The notes: generated from the letters alone by a model not told the origin. 64,000 nt of DNA from Spirochaetota bacterium (GCA_965277105.1 OZ255710.1:875236-939235), one strand, 5' to 3'; numbered from the stretch's first letter, positions 50,739 through 61,839 are shown. Made by a program: numbers and translations.

Positions 50739-51692
50739 ATGAAATCATTAGTTGATTTATTAAACCAATCTACACCGGGAAATCCGCTTCTTTCTTTTGA
50801 GTTGCTTCCCCCTTTAAAAGGGGAAAGCGTCTCTAACTTATTTGAGGTAATTGAAAAATTAAAAAAATTTAATCCTTCTTTTATCAACATCACTACTCAT
50901 AGTTCAAAATATGTTACCCCTAAAAACTCCGCTCTTAAAGAAGAAAAAGTTAAAAAAAGGCCAGGGACAATAAGCATTGCAGCAGCTATTACTCACAAAT
51001 ACAATTTAGTAACTGTCCCCCATATTGTCTGCCGTGGTTTCACTAAATATTCTACCGAAAACACCTTGTTAGAATTAAGCTACTTAAATATTAATAATCT
51101 CTTGGTTTTACGAGGAGACGAAACTAATAAATTCTCTTTTGAAAAAGAAAAAAATTTTAATGAAAGCAGTTTAGATTTGATTAAGCAAATTAATAAAATT
51201 AATCAAGGCAAACTCCTTAATAATAAAACGATTAATTTTAAAAGTAGTTTTGTTTTTGGCATAGGCGGTTACCCCGAAAAGCATCCCGATGCTAAAAGCC
51301 TAAAAGAAGACGTCCTTTATGCCAAAAAAAAAATCGACCTAGGCGCTAAGTACATCGTTACCCAGTTTTTTTTCGATAATAATTATTTCTTTGACTACTA
51401 TCGTTTATGCCGAGAAGTGGGGATTAATGTTCCGATTATTCCGGGAATTAAACTCCTTCGCACTAAAAAGCAAATTGAAGTTTTACCTAAAATTTTTCAT
51501 ATTAATATTCCTCGTGAATTAAAAGAAAAAATAGACAGTGCTAAAGACGAAGAAGAGATTAAAGAAATCGGAATTCAATGGTGCATTAAACAGTGTTTAG
51601 AATTAAAAAAATTTAAAGTCCCCTGCATTCATTTTTATACGATGAGTAGGGTAAAAGACTTAGAAAAAGTATTAGAAAAAATAACCAATTAA
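50739..51692 (+). CDS. metF: 5,10-methylenetetrahydrofolate reductase
   Basis: SFELLPP, RPGT, VPH, LRGD, GYPEKH, TQFFFDN, HFYTM. Confidence 0.92.
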   Translation: MKSLVDLLNQSTPGNPLLSFELLPPLKGESVSNLFEVIEKLKKFNPSFINITTHSSKYVTPKNSALKEEKVKKRPGTISIAAAITHKYNLVTVPHIVCRGFTKYSTENTLLELSYLNINNLLVLRGDETNKFSFEKEKNFNESSLDLIKQINKINQGKLLNNKTINFKSSFVFGIGGYPEKHPDAKSLKEDVLYAKKKIDLGAKYIVTQFFFDNNYFFDYYRLCREVGINVPIIPGIKLLRTKKQIEVLPKIFHINIPRELKEKIDSAKDEEEIKEIGIQWCIKQCLELKKFKVPCIHFYTMSRVKDLEKVLEKITN

Positions 51693-51727
51693 AAATAGTT
51701 TGAAATTATTTTAAACTATTTATTAAA

Positions 51728-52903
51728 ATGAAACCTTTTGCCCTGCTTTTTAAGCTAGCTCAACAGGCTAAAAGAATCAGCAAACCCAATCCAGCAGTCG
51801 CTGCTGTAATTATAAAAAATAACAAATTAATCGGACAAGGTTTTACTCAGAGTTTTGGAGGAAAACATGCAGAAGTGGAAGCCGTTGAATCAGTAAAAAA
51901 TCCTAAACTGTTAAAAAATAGCGAAATGTGGGTGACCTTATCCCCCTGCCATTTCCAAGGAAAAACCCCTGCTTGCACTAAACTTATAGTTCGAACTGGC
52001 ATCAAGAGTGTTCATATTGCTTTAAAAGATCCTCATGAAAAAGTTAATCTATTAGCCCATAAATTTTTAGTCGAGCAAGGTATAAGCGTTAAAAATGATT
52101 TTCCCGAAAAAGAAAAATGGAAACATTTTCAACTCAACTATGATTACTTGAAAAAGACAATGATAGGCACCCCCGCCCTTACCCTAAAATACGCCATGAC
52201 CTTGGATGGAAAAATGGCTGATGGAGAATTTAAATCAAAATGGATAAGTAATGAGAAAGCCAGATTAGACGTGCAGAAACAAAGGCAAAAAAATGACGCT
52301 ATTGTAGTAGGGGCCAATACCCTTCTGCAAGATAACCCCAACCTTAATGTGCGACTAAAAAATAATTTTTTCGAACCTTTGATTATCAGTTGGTTTGCTG
52401 CAACTAATATTGAAAAATTAAAAAAGATAATAGAGAATTTAAAAGTAATGGAAAACAATTCTCCTCTACTCTTAATCCTACCTAATACCCTAAAAAATAA
52501 AAAGAACAAAATCGATATTCCTTTTAGGGAAAATAAAAAAATAGATTTTATTTTTTATAAAAAAGGTGAGCAGTTTATTTTCACGAAAAAATTTTTACAA
52601 GAAATAAGCAAAAAATACTTGCTTAATTCGCTTTATGTAGAAGGGGGCGCTAAGACGCATTCTCTTTTCTTTAACCATGGTTTAGTGGATAGATTAGAAA
52701 TTTATTTAGGTAATAAAATCGTTAATGACGGGAGAAAAGCCTTATCCCCTTTTAGTAATCCCGCAAAGGAAATTCAAAAAATCGAACTTGCTGATAATTT
52801 AGAGAGAGTCGAGTTTCAAACGCTAGGAGACAATGTTAAAATAAGTGGCTTTTTAAAATCATCGCCTTGGTTAAAAATTTGGCAAGAAGTAAATGATTTT
52901 TAA
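51728..52903 (+). CDS. ribD: Bifunctional pyrimidine deaminase/reductase of riboflavin synthesis
   Basis: PNP, HAE, PC..GKTPAC, KYAMTLDGK, SKWIS, DNP.L, VEGG. Confidence 0.9.
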   Translation: MKPFALLFKLAQQAKRISKPNPAVAAVIIKNNKLIGQGFTQSFGGKHAEVEAVESVKNPKLLKNSEMWVTLSPCHFQGKTPACTKLIVRTGIKSVHIALKDPHEKVNLLAHKFLVEQGISVKNDFPEKEKWKHFQLNYDYLKKTMIGTPALTLKYAMTLDGKMADGEFKSKWISNEKARLDVQKQRQKNDAIVVGANTLLQDNPNLNVRLKNNFFEPLIISWFAATNIEKLKKIIENLKVMENNSPLLLILPNTLKNKKNKIDIPFRENKKIDFIFYKKGEQFIFTKKFLQEISKKYLLNSLYVEGGAKTHSLFFNHGLVDRLEIYLGNKIVNDGRKALSPFSNPAKEIQKIELADNLERVEFQTLGDNVKISGFLKSSPWLKIWQEVNDF

Positions 52904-52927
52904 AAGCAAGAAAAACTACTAAAATTA

Positions 52928-53836
52928 TTACGTTTTCTCTAAGTTAATAATTTCATCGCTAAGATAGCCTTGAAAATACAAAATGGAAGTTAAGTCGGTT
53001 GCGTTTATCTGGGTAGCAATTTTTTCTTTTAGCTTTTTTACTCCGCGATAAGCAACTCCTAAACCAACATTTTCGAGCATAGTTAAATCGTTCATCCCAT
53101 CACCTATTGCCAATGCTTGACTTTTTTTGAGACTGTTTTTCTCGAGATGAGTTAGCACTTTTTCTCCTTTAGTTGAGGGGAGCATAAGTGGCCCTTGGAT
53201 CTTGCCAGTAAAGCGGTTTGCTTTTATTTCGTAATGATTAGTTTCTAAAGCATCAAAACCAATTTTTTTTTGAACATACTCACTAATAGGTGAAAAACCT
53301 GCAGTTATTAAAACAGTTTTTACTTGATTTTTTTTTAAGGTTTGAATAAGATTAAAAACTCCTGGATTAAAAATAATTTTTTCTTCTAGTCCTTTTAAAG
53401 ACCTTTTTGCTGCTCGATTTTTTAACAAAGCAACTCGCCTATTAAGCGACTGACTAAAATCAATTTCTCCATTTATACCTAAGGTGGTTATCGCAGTAAT
53501 TTCTTTTTCTAAACCTAAAATTCCTCCTAAATCATTAAAGGTTTCGTTTTGAATAGCCGTGCCATCCATATCCGAAAAAATAATTTTTTTTTTCCGGTTG
53601 CGATTAGCTTGCCAACAGTAATCAATTGGTTGGCTTTTAATAAAGCTGATAATAATAGCTTTGTGCTTAATCGCTGAAGAAGCAAAATAAACATCCCAGG
53701 CTTTTTTCGGGTTAAGAACTTTTTCTCTAACCCAAGAAATCTTTTTTTCAGCTAGAAAACTTTTTAGCTGATCTTTGATTTTTTTTAAAGCAACAGCGGA
53801 GTTATTTTTTTGAACAACCGTGAGAACAAAAAACAA
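52928..53836 (-). CDS. serB: Phosphoserine phosphatase
   Basis: HAD motif DMDGT, E, SL.RRV.LL, AIGDGMNDL, GLGVAY; adjacent to serA. Confidence 0.88.
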   Translation of the reverse strand: MFFVLTVVQKNNSAVALKKIKDQLKSFLAEKKISWVREKVLNPKKAWDVYFASSAIKHKAIIISFIKSQPIDYCWQANRNRKKKIIFSDMDGTAIQNETFNDLGGILGLEKEITAITTLGINGEIDFSQSLNRRVALLKNRAAKRSLKGLEEKIIFNPGVFNLIQTLKKNQVKTVLITAGFSPISEYVQKKIGFDALETNHYEIKANRFTGKIQGPLMLPSTKGEKVLTHLEKNSLKKSQALAIGDGMNDLTMLENVGLGVAYRGVKKLKEKIATQINATDLTSILYFQGYLSDEIINLEKT

Positions 53837-53859
53837 AGAAATATATTAAAAATTATAAC

Positions 53860-55446
53860 TTACTCAAAAGCCACAAACTGAGAGGTTTCCACCAAGGGTA
53901 AGCTTTTAATTTTTTCTAATAGCTTTTCGGTTGGCTTATTGTCAAGGGTTATGATACAAATAGCCTTGCCGCCTTTTTCTTTTCGAGCTAAATTAAAACT
54001 CGCTATATTAATTTTCTCTTCATAAAGCATGGTAGCCAGCTCTTTGATGACTCCGGGTTCGTCTTTATTTTCCAGGTAAAGATTGTTCGGAAGCAAGTTA
54101 ATTTCAATATCTAAACCATTAATCCCAATAATGTGTGGTTCTTTTCCTAAAAGGGTAGCAGTTAGAGAAAATTCTTTTTTTTCCGTAACTACTTTTAAAG
54201 AAATTAAAGAGTTATAAAGCGAGGAAGTTTGATTTTTTTTTTCTTCGACAATCAATCCTCTTTTTTTAGCCAGTGACACTGAGTTAATCACATTCACTTC
54301 ATCGACTACTCCTTCCATTAATTTCTGAAGCCCTTCTCGCAACAAGGACTCGGTAGGCAGACTAGCAACTTCACCGGAATACTCGATAGTGATTTTCTTA
54401 TATGCGCTTTCTCTAATTTGAGCGATGAAATGGGCTAATTGGTTAATGATTTTTTTATAAGGAAGCAACCTTTCGTTTTCTTTAGCAGTAAGTGAGCTAA
54501 CGTTATAACCATTAGTGATAGTGCCGTCATCTAAATAACGACAAATCTGCTGAGCAATTTCAAAAGACACTCTTTCTTGCGCTTCAATAGTAGATGCTCC
54601 CAAATGAGGAGTAAGGATTAAATTAGGAATACCACGTAAAGGGCTATCAGCCGACAGAGGTTCTTCTTGAAAAACATCTAAAGCAGCACTGCTTACTTTA
54701 CCATTTTGCAAGTTAGCAATTAAATCATCTTCATTGACAATTCCTCCTCTCGCACAGTTAATAATCCTCACACCATCTTTCATTTTACTGATAGTTTCTT
54801 GATTGATAAGGTTTTTGGTTTTTTCAGTTAGCGGAGTATGAATAGAAATAAAGTCTGCTTCACTTAATAAAAAGTCCCAATCAACTACTTCTACTCCGAG
54901 TTGCTCGGCCCTAACTTTCGTTAAAAATGGATCATAAACAATTACTTTTAATTTTAATCCTTGAGCGCGGTTGCAAACAATAGAACCAATATTTCCACAC
55001 CCAATTAGTCCTAAAGTTTTTCCAGTAAGCTCTACCCCCTTTATTTTAGATTTTTCCCATTTGCCTTCTTGAGTAGTTAAATGAGCGTAAGGAATTTGCC
55101 TAGCGGTGGATAGTAGCATAGCAATAGCATGCTCCCCAGTGGTAATGGTATTGCCTAAAGGGGTATTCATCACCACTATCCCTTTTTCGGTGGCCGCAGG
55201 AATGTCAATGTTATCCACCCCAATTCCCGCTCGTCCAATGACTTTTAAGCGGTTATTATCTAAAGCATCTAAAATTTCTTTAGTAACTTTAGTCTTTGAA
55301 CGAATAATAAGTCCGTCATAGTCTAAAAGGACTTTTTTTAATTCTTCTGGGCTGTAATCGGTGTTAATAGTAAAGTCAATATTTTTTTCCGAAAAGATGG
55401 CTTTTAAATTATCACTAACTTTATCAGTAGCTAAAACTCGTTTCAT
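53860..55446 (-). CDS. serA: D-3-phosphoglycerate dehydrogenase (long form with ACT)
   Basis: GRAGIGVDNID, GCGNIG, INCARGG, TPHLGAST.EAQ, C-terminal NKDEPG..INIASF. Confidence 0.95.
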   Translation of the reverse strand: MKRVLATDKVSDNLKAIFSEKNIDFTINTDYSPEELKKVLLDYDGLIIRSKTKVTKEILDALDNNRLKVIGRAGIGVDNIDIPAATEKGIVVMNTPLGNTITTGEHAIAMLLSTARQIPYAHLTTQEGKWEKSKIKGVELTGKTLGLIGCGNIGSIVCNRAQGLKLKVIVYDPFLTKVRAEQLGVEVVDWDFLLSEADFISIHTPLTEKTKNLINQETISKMKDGVRIINCARGGIVNEDDLIANLQNGKVSSAALDVFQEEPLSADSPLRGIPNLILTPHLGASTIEAQERVSFEIAQQICRYLDDGTITNGYNVSSLTAKENERLLPYKKIINQLAHFIAQIRESAYKKITIEYSGEVASLPTESLLREGLQKLMEGVVDEVNVINSVSLAKKRGLIVEEKKNQTSSLYNSLISLKVVTEKKEFSLTATLLGKEPHIIGINGLDIEINLLPNNLYLENKDEPGVIKELATMLYEEKINIASFNLARKEKGGKAICIITLDNKPTEKLLEKIKSLPLVETSQFVAFE

Positions 55447-55454
55447 AATTTTAT

Positions 55455-56168
55455 TTATTCGCTTCTTAGCCTAGTTAATAACCTAATCATTTCAATATAC
55501 AACCAAACTAAAGTGACTAACAAACTAAAAGCAAAATACCATTCCATATACTTAGGAGAACCATAACTTTCGCTTTTTTCGATATGATCGAAATCTAATA
55601 ATAAATTAAAAGCAGCCACCGCTATTACAAATAAGGAAATACCAATTCCCAAAGGTCCTCCTACATTAAACAAAGTGGTGGAAATAAAAAAAGACATAAC
55701 AAAAGAGATAAGATACGCAGCCGCAATACCCAAAGTACAAGCAATGACAATTGAGCGGAGTCGATCAGTAACCTTGATAATTTTAGCGCGATAAAGGAAC
55801 ATCATCACCATAAAAACCGAAATAGTGCCAATTACCGCTTGGCTAGCAATTCCTGGGTAACTCGCTTCAAAAATTCGAGCAATACTCCCTAAAAACACCC
55901 CCTGCAAGATGGCATAAATTGGAGAAGTTATGCCAGCAACTTGTGGCTTAAAACTAGTGATTAAAGCAAAAACTAATCCGCCCAGCATAGCAATCATGGC
56001 AATACCATAACCTACTCCCGCCGTCGACCAGCCAAATATAGCGGAAGCAAAGACGATGAGGATTAAAAAAGCTGCTTTATTCACCGTACCATTGGCTGTC
56101 ATGAGCTCCCCACTGTAAGTTTTTTCCGTAAAAGTGTTTCTTCGTAAAAAAGGATTTCCTGTTCTCAT
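55455..56168 (-). CDS. Bax inhibitor-1/YccA family membrane protein
   Basis: 7 TM; NLLLDFD.IE, PKYMEW, LVTLVWLYIE. Confidence 0.88.
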   Translation of the reverse strand: MRTGNPFLRRNTFTEKTYSGELMTANGTVNKAAFLILIVFASAIFGWSTAGVGYGIAMIAMLGGLVFALITSFKPQVAGITSPIYAILQGVFLGSIARIFEASYPGIASQAVIGTISVFMVMMFLYRAKIIKVTDRLRSIVIACTLGIAAAYLISFVMSFFISTTLFNVGGPLGIGISLFVIAVAAFNLLLDFDHIEKSESYGSPKYMEWYFAFSLLVTLVWLYIEMIRLLTRLRSE

Positions 56169-56341
56169 TTTTTTCTCCTAAAATCTGAATTTTTTTATAT
56201 TTTATGTAATTATACTATAGCAATAATCTAACGTTTTAAATAAAAAAGTCAATAATATATTAGTAAAGTTAAAAAAATAATAGAAGATAAAAAGCTATAA
56301 TAATAAATATTATTTATTAATTAGGTTAGCAAGATGAATAA

Positions 56342-57850
56342 TTATTCAAAAATCTCTTCTACAAAAATCGCACTTCCCCTTACTTCTATTACCCTTATCT
56401 TTTTCCCTTGGTCAACAAAATCACCATGAGTAAGGGCATCGTAATATTTTTCATCGATAATAATTGTCCCTGATGGGCGCAGAGAAGTATGAGTAATTCC
56501 GGTTTTTTCTAGCAATTGATGAAGTTCTATTTCACGCTCTACTTCTTGTTGATTGCTAACATCTTGATGGTCTAATTTTTCACTAAATACCAAAGGGCTT
56601 TTGCGTAAAATTCGAGGAAGGGTTAAAAAAGTAACTAAAAACAAAACCCCACTTCCTAGAAAAACATAAAGGATCTGGTTGAAGTTATCAATTAATGTAG
56701 CTAATTCAATGAAGTTATCGGGGATGGTAAAATTCTGCATCATCAGCAAACTACTAATGAAAAGCAGGACAAATCCCCCTACCCCTAAAATACCGAATCC
56801 CGGTAGAACAAAAATTTCTAGGAAAAGCAAGACTATTCCTAATATAAGTAAAACTAGCTCAACGTAATTCGCTAACTCTACCAAATAATTTCCTGAGAAA
56901 AAAAGAATAAAAGCAATAATGGCAGCTATACCATAAAAACCAAAGCCGGGATTTCTCACTTCTAGATAAATCCCCCCTAAGCCCAAAAGTAGTAAAACCC
57001 AGCCATAACGCACCATATAAGTAAGCGCTTTTTCGCTATTTTGTTTTTCCAAATAAACAATTTCTCCGTCATTTTCAACTGCTTCTTTTAAATCATTAAT
57101 AGTTTTTTGGGAAAATTGTAACTCATAGGCTTCCTTGTCGCTCATGGTCAATAATTCTCCTTTCCTCACAATAGTTCTCTTTTTTTGAATTTTATTTAAC
57201 TCATTCGCATTTAGATCATCATACTCTGTTCCGGTGAGGATTTCTTTCTCTCCATTATTCCAAGTGATTTCTAAAATTTCAATGCTGTCAGTAACGAAAG
57301 CCTCGCTAAGCTTCACGGGATAACCATTTTTCTGGGCTAATGTCCTAAATTTAGCCCTTAGAGGAGATTGGAATTTTTCTCCTAGCACTTGAGGACCGTT
57401 TTGCCCCATCATAATAGGAGCCACATCACCCAGAGTACTGTTGGCCTTCATGTAAATTTTTTGCGAGGCCATGGCAATAAGAGTCCCTGCTGAAATGGCT
57501 TTTTGGTCAATCACTGCAATAGTAGGAAAACTAATAGCAGTAATTAAATCTACTATCTCATAAGTAGTGTCAATCCTCCCGCCAAAAGTATTAATTTCAA
57601 AGATAATATTCGTTGGATTTGAACTTTCAGCTTCAGCAATGGTTCGCTTAAGGTACTTTATCAAAGAAGGCTCAATTTCACCTCTAATGGGGATAACAAT
57701 GTTTTTAAAAGCAGAACTTTTTTCACTAGATTCACTAGAAGAGTTAACAACTTCTTCTGCGCTAAGAAAATTTGGAGAATTGAGAAATAATCCGCTAATG
57801 ATTAAGAGAAAATTAAACTTTAAAAAAAAACGATAAAAAAAATAACTCAC
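56342..57850 (-). CDS. NfeD family membrane-bound serine protease (ClpP-like domain, TM region, OB fold)
   Basis: INTFGG, AISAG.LIA, LLTMS..EA, PGFG repeats, LRPSG. Confidence 0.85.
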   Translation of the reverse strand: MSYFFYRFFLKFNFLLIISGLFLNSPNFLSAEEVVNSSSESSEKSSAFKNIVIPIRGEIEPSLIKYLKRTIAEAESSNPTNIIFEINTFGGRIDTTYEIVDLITAISFPTIAVIDQKAISAGTLIAMASQKIYMKANSTLGDVAPIMMGQNGPQVLGEKFQSPLRAKFRTLAQKNGYPVKLSEAFVTDSIEILEITWNNGEKEILTGTEYDDLNANELNKIQKKRTIVRKGELLTMSDKEAYELQFSQKTINDLKEAVENDGEIVYLEKQNSEKALTYMVRYGWVLLLLGLGGIYLEVRNPGFGFYGIAAIIAFILFFSGNYLVELANYVELVLLILGIVLLFLEIFVLPGFGILGVGGFVLLFISSLLMMQNFTIPDNFIELATLIDNFNQILYVFLGSGVLFLVTFLTLPRILRKSPLVFSEKLDHQDVSNQQEVEREIELHQLLEKTGITHTSLRPSGTIIIDEKYYDALTHGDFVDQGKKIRVIEVRGSAIFVEEIFE

Positions 57851-57930
57851 TTCAATGTTAATATAATATATTATATAATTTAAGTCAATATTAACGATAA
57901 TTATTATAATAAATTATTATCTGATAGAAT

Positions 57931-59910
57931 TTGATAAAAAATAGCCAAAAACAATCACACCAGTTACATTTATTTCACGAAGAAAGCTTGCCATTAAAAA
58001 GCCTTCATATCTCTACTAAAAATTTTTTTTCTAAAATAGAAAAAATTGAACATCTAAAAGAATTTACCTTAAACGAAGATTTAAAAGCTATTTTTGTTAT
58101 ATCTGATGATTTTTTTTTTAAAAACAGGATGCAGGTTAGAGAAATCCTTGTTTCTTTAACTCACTTTTCTATTATTTTAGTCTATGATAATAAAAATTTA
58201 AAGAAAATCGAAAAAGAAAAAGAAAACTTCTTCAATGCTTACCTTAGTCAAGATAACTTTTCTTTCTTACTTAATAAAACCATAATAACAGAATACTTAA
58301 AAATTACTTCCGACTTAAAAAAGGAAAAAGAATTAAAAGAAATTGAGTATTTTAAAAATGAAATCCTTGATATTGGAACGAAAATTGGTAACGAAAGGGA
58401 CACTAACAAGCTACTCAATAAAATTCTCTACCAATCAATGAAATTGGTTCGTTCCGATGCCGGCTCAATAGCTGTCTTAGGCCTTGACAAAGATTTAAAA
58501 AGAACGGATAAAAACATTCTAACTTTTTATGCCTCGAAAAATATCTCGAAAGAAATAAACTTCAATCGCTTCTCTTTAAAGGTTTCTAGTCAAAGTTTAG
58601 CAGGCTATGTGGTGATTAGTGGAGAGACGTTGAAAATTGATGATGCTTATAAAATAAACGAGCAGGAAGTGAATTACTCTTTCAATAAAGGCTTTGATAA
58701 AGAAACTAAATTTAGAACCAAGTCCATTTTAGTAGTTCCCATGATTAATCATAAAGATGAAATGATGGGGGTTATTCAACTAATTAATAAGAAAAAAAAT
58801 TTCAATCAAATTATCAACTACGAAAAAGCCGAAGACATTAATAGCATCACTACTTTTAATAAAAAAGATGTAGCCAATTTAAAAAGCTTATCGAGCTTTT
58901 TAACCGTTTCTTTAGAAAACGCTATTCTGTATAATGAAATTGATAATCTTTTTAACTCGTTTGTCCAAGCTTCGGTTTCCGCAGTAGAACAGCGCGACCC
59001 CGTAACTTCTGGGCACTCTTTTCGGGTGGCCAAATACTCTACTAATTTAGCCGAAGCCTGCACGAATGCTGGTGGAGTTTTAGAAGATTATCGTTTTAAC
59101 TCTCAACAAATACGAGAAATCCGCTATGCCTCCTTGCTTCATGATTTTGGGAAAATTGGAGTACGAGAAGATGTTCTTGTCAAATCAAAAAAACTAAATG
59201 ACTTAGAAATAAAAGACATCTTCAACCGCATTAATCTCCATGCTTATAATTTAAAACTTTTAGCTGAAAAAGAAAAAATGAAATTAGTCATAGAAGCTAA
59301 ATTAAACAGCAACGAGTTAGCAAAAAAGATAAAGGAAATTGATCAAATAACGAAAGAGAAAATTTCTGCTTTAGAAAATAAAAAAAATATTATTAATCAA
59401 GCTAATGCCCCTTCTTTCTTAGAAGAAGATGTCTCGAAAATGCTAGAACAATTGAAGTTAGAAAAAATAATCACCGAATCTGTTGAGACTAATATACTTA
59501 CTGATCAAGAGTTTAATTTTCTCAGCATAAAAAGGGGCAATTTATCAACCAAAGAAAGAAAAGAAATTGAATCGCACGTTACCCATACTTTTAATTTTTT
59601 AAATAAAATTCCTTGGACTAAGGACTTAGAATTAGTCCCTGAGATTGCCTATGGTCATCATGAAAAATTAGACGGGTCCGGCTACCCCCTTAACAAAACA
59701 GAAAAAGATATTCTCCCCCAAACTAAAATAATGACGGTTTGTGATATCTTTGATGCATTAACTGCAGCTGATCGCCCCTATAAAAAATCTTTATCTTATA
59801 ACCAAGCTATTGAAATCCTCTACCTAGAAGCCAATGATAATAAACTCGATAAAAATTTAGTGGATTATTTCATTAAAAGCAAATCGTACAAATTAGACAA
59901 AAATTATTAA
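57931..59910 (+). CDS. GAF plus HD-GYP cyclic dinucleotide phosphodiesterase
   Basis: DAGS..SLAGYV..DAY..FNKGFD GAF; RDPVTSGHS, LLHDFGK, HHEKLDGSGYP, DIFDALT..DRPYK. Confidence 0.9.
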   Translation: MIKNSQKQSHQLHLFHEESLPLKSLHISTKNFFSKIEKIEHLKEFTLNEDLKAIFVISDDFFFKNRMQVREILVSLTHFSIILVYDNKNLKKIEKEKENFFNAYLSQDNFSFLLNKTIITEYLKITSDLKKEKELKEIEYFKNEILDIGTKIGNERDTNKLLNKILYQSMKLVRSDAGSIAVLGLDKDLKRTDKNILTFYASKNISKEINFNRFSLKVSSQSLAGYVVISGETLKIDDAYKINEQEVNYSFNKGFDKETKFRTKSILVVPMINHKDEMMGVIQLINKKKNFNQIINYEKAEDINSITTFNKKDVANLKSLSSFLTVSLENAILYNEIDNLFNSFVQASVSAVEQRDPVTSGHSFRVAKYSTNLAEACTNAGGVLEDYRFNSQQIREIRYASLLHDFGKIGVREDVLVKSKKLNDLEIKDIFNRINLHAYNLKLLAEKEKMKLVIEAKLNSNELAKKIKEIDQITKEKISALENKKNIINQANAPSFLEEDVSKMLEQLKLEKIITESVETNILTDQEFNFLSIKRGNLSTKERKEIESHVTHTFNFLNKIPWTKDLELVPEIAYGHHEKLDGSGYPLNKTEKDILPQTKIMTVCDIFDALTAADRPYKKSLSYNQAIEILYLEANDNKLDKNLVDYFIKSKSYKLDKNY

Positions 59911-59921
59911 ACAACCCAAGC

Positions 59922-61001
59922 TCAACCAAACGTTAGCTCATCACTAAAGTCCCAAAAAACATACACTTGATCGCCTATGGAAAAATTTTGATTTTTGTTT
60001 AAGTAAGTAGCAATAGTTAGTTTTTTGGTTAAAATTTTCACTTGAGTCTGATAGCCAAAATAACTTTTTTCTATAACTCTCCCCAATAAAACAATAAATT
60101 TTTTACTTAATTTAGGCTTAGAAGACTGCACCTTTATTTTCTCATGACGAATAAAAACTTTAACTTTAGTTTTAGTCTTAAAAGAAGTTTTTTTTATGGG
60201 AAAAACTAGTTGATTATTAACTTTAATCACATCGTAATTTTTTTGCTTTTCAAAAATCGTTCCTAAAAAAGAATTGGTTTTCCCAACAAAATTAGCCACA
60301 AATTCACTTTGCGGTTTTTCATAAATCAACTTCGGAGTTCCTACTTGAATCAACTTCCCTTCAGCAATAATCCCTATGCGATCCGCCATCGAAAGTGCTT
60401 CTCGCTGATCATGGGTAACCATAACAAAAGTAATACCAATGGTTTTTTGTAAATTCACCAATTCACTCTGCATATACTCCCTAAACTTAGCATCTAAAGC
60501 CGAAAGCGGTTCGTCTAAAAGCAATACTTTTGGTTTCATCACTAAAGCTCTAGCTAATGCTACCCTTTGCTTTTGCCCTCCTGAAAGTTCTTCGGGTTTA
60601 GCGTAGATATATTTTTCTAAATCTACTAGCTTGATTATTTTCTTCACTTTTTCTTGAATAACAGTTTTAGAAAATTTCGCCATTTTTAACCCATAGGCAA
60701 TATTTTGAAAAACGTTAAAATTAGGAAAAACGGCATAGGATTGAAAAACCATATTAAGCGGCCTTAAATGTGGGGGAGTATTATTAATAAGTTGATCCCC
60801 TAAATAAATATTTCCTTCTTGAAGGCCTTCAAAACCAGCTAAGATCCGAAGTAACGTAGTTTTCCCACAACCAGAAGGGCCTAATAAAACAAAAAATTCG
60901 TTTTTCTTTATCGATAGATTAATCTCTTCTAATACCGCCTGTCCATTGAACGACTTTTTTAAATTTTGAATTTGAATTAAATAATTATTTTTTTCGACCA
61001 T
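59922..61001 (-). CDS. potA: Spermidine/putrescine ABC transporter ATP-binding protein
   Basis: GPSGCGKTT, PPHLRP.NMVFQSYA, LSGGQKQRVALARAL, LLDEPLSALD, TOBE-like tail. Confidence 0.85.
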   Translation of the reverse strand: MVEKNNYLIQIQNLKKSFNGQAVLEEINLSIKKNEFFVLLGPSGCGKTTLLRILAGFEGLQEGNIYLGDQLINNTPPHLRPLNMVFQSYAVFPNFNVFQNIAYGLKMAKFSKTVIQEKVKKIIKLVDLEKYIYAKPEELSGGQKQRVALARALVMKPKVLLLDEPLSALDAKFREYMQSELVNLQKTIGITFVMVTHDQREALSMADRIGIIAEGKLIQVGTPKLIYEKPQSEFVANFVGKTNSFLGTIFEKQKNYDVIKVNNQLVFPIKKTSFKTKTKVKVFIRHEKIKVQSSKPKLSKKFIVLLGRVIEKSYFGYQTQVKILTKKLTIATYLNKNQNFSIGDQVYVFWDFSDELTFG

Positions 61002-61833
61002 TTTTAGTAAATAAATAAAAGCGATAAGAAATTAATCCCAAAAAAACAATAATCAAGGTTAGTAAAATAAAAATAGTAGAAGCAGCATTAACTTCGGGAG
61101 TAATCGAGAAACGAACCATTGAATAAATTTTCAAAGGCAAAGTAACCACTTCAGGGGTACTTGTAAAAAAAGTAATAACAAAATCATCCAATGACAAAGC
61201 TATACTTAAAAAACTAGCAGTAATAATTGCCGGCTTTAAATGCGGTATAATAAAATCAGTAAACACCCTAAAGGGAGTGGCCCCTAAATCAATAGCCCCT
61301 TGATCGATTTCTCGATTAAAAGTATTTAAGCGAGCCCTGATAATCATCGTAGCAAAAGGAAAACTAAAAGTAACATGGGCAATGATAATGCTATTAAGAT
61401 TAAAAGGCCAACTTAAACCCTGCCCTATTGCATACCAATTAAAAGACTGATAAAAAACTAGCATTCCTACTCCCATGCAAATCTCTGGAATAACAATGGG
61501 AATACTTAAAAACCCTTCGTATAAAGCACTAATGACTATTTTTTTTTGGCTTAATTTCCATAACGAATAAGCACAAAAAATAGCTAAAATCACGCTAATT
61601 ACCATATTGGCTAAAGCTATAACCATAGAGTTAGCAAAAGCGTCAATCATTGATTGGTTGTTGAACAGTTTCTCATAATACTTAAACGTGAATCCTCGCC
61701 AAACGATGTTCCTCTTGCTATCGTTAAAAGAATATAAAATCAAAATAAAAATGGGAAAATAGAGAAAAGCCAAAGTAAACCAAAAAGTTATTTTAACCCA
61801 AAAAAAATCAGCGTAATTAATTACTTTTTTCAT
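60985..61833 (-). CDS. potC: Polyamine ABC transporter permease (PotC/PotI)
   Basis: FLY.PI..YSFN, IPEI, AHVTFS, DLGA, SLDDFVIT, TPEVNA. Confidence 0.85.
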   Translation of the reverse strand: MKKVINYADFFWVKITFWFTLAFLYFPIFILILYSFNDSKRNIVWRGFTFKYYEKLFNNQSMIDAFANSMVIALANMVISVILAIFCAYSLWKLSQKKIVISALYEGFLSIPIVIPEICMGVGMLVFYQSFNWYAIGQGLSWPFNLNSIIIAHVTFSFPFATMIIRARLNTFNREIDQGAIDLGATPFRVFTDFIIPHLKPAIITASFLSIALSLDDFVITFFTSTPEVVTLPLKIYSMVRFSITPEVNAASTIFILLTLIIVFLGLISYRFYLFTKNGRKK

Positions 61834-61839
61834 TAAACT

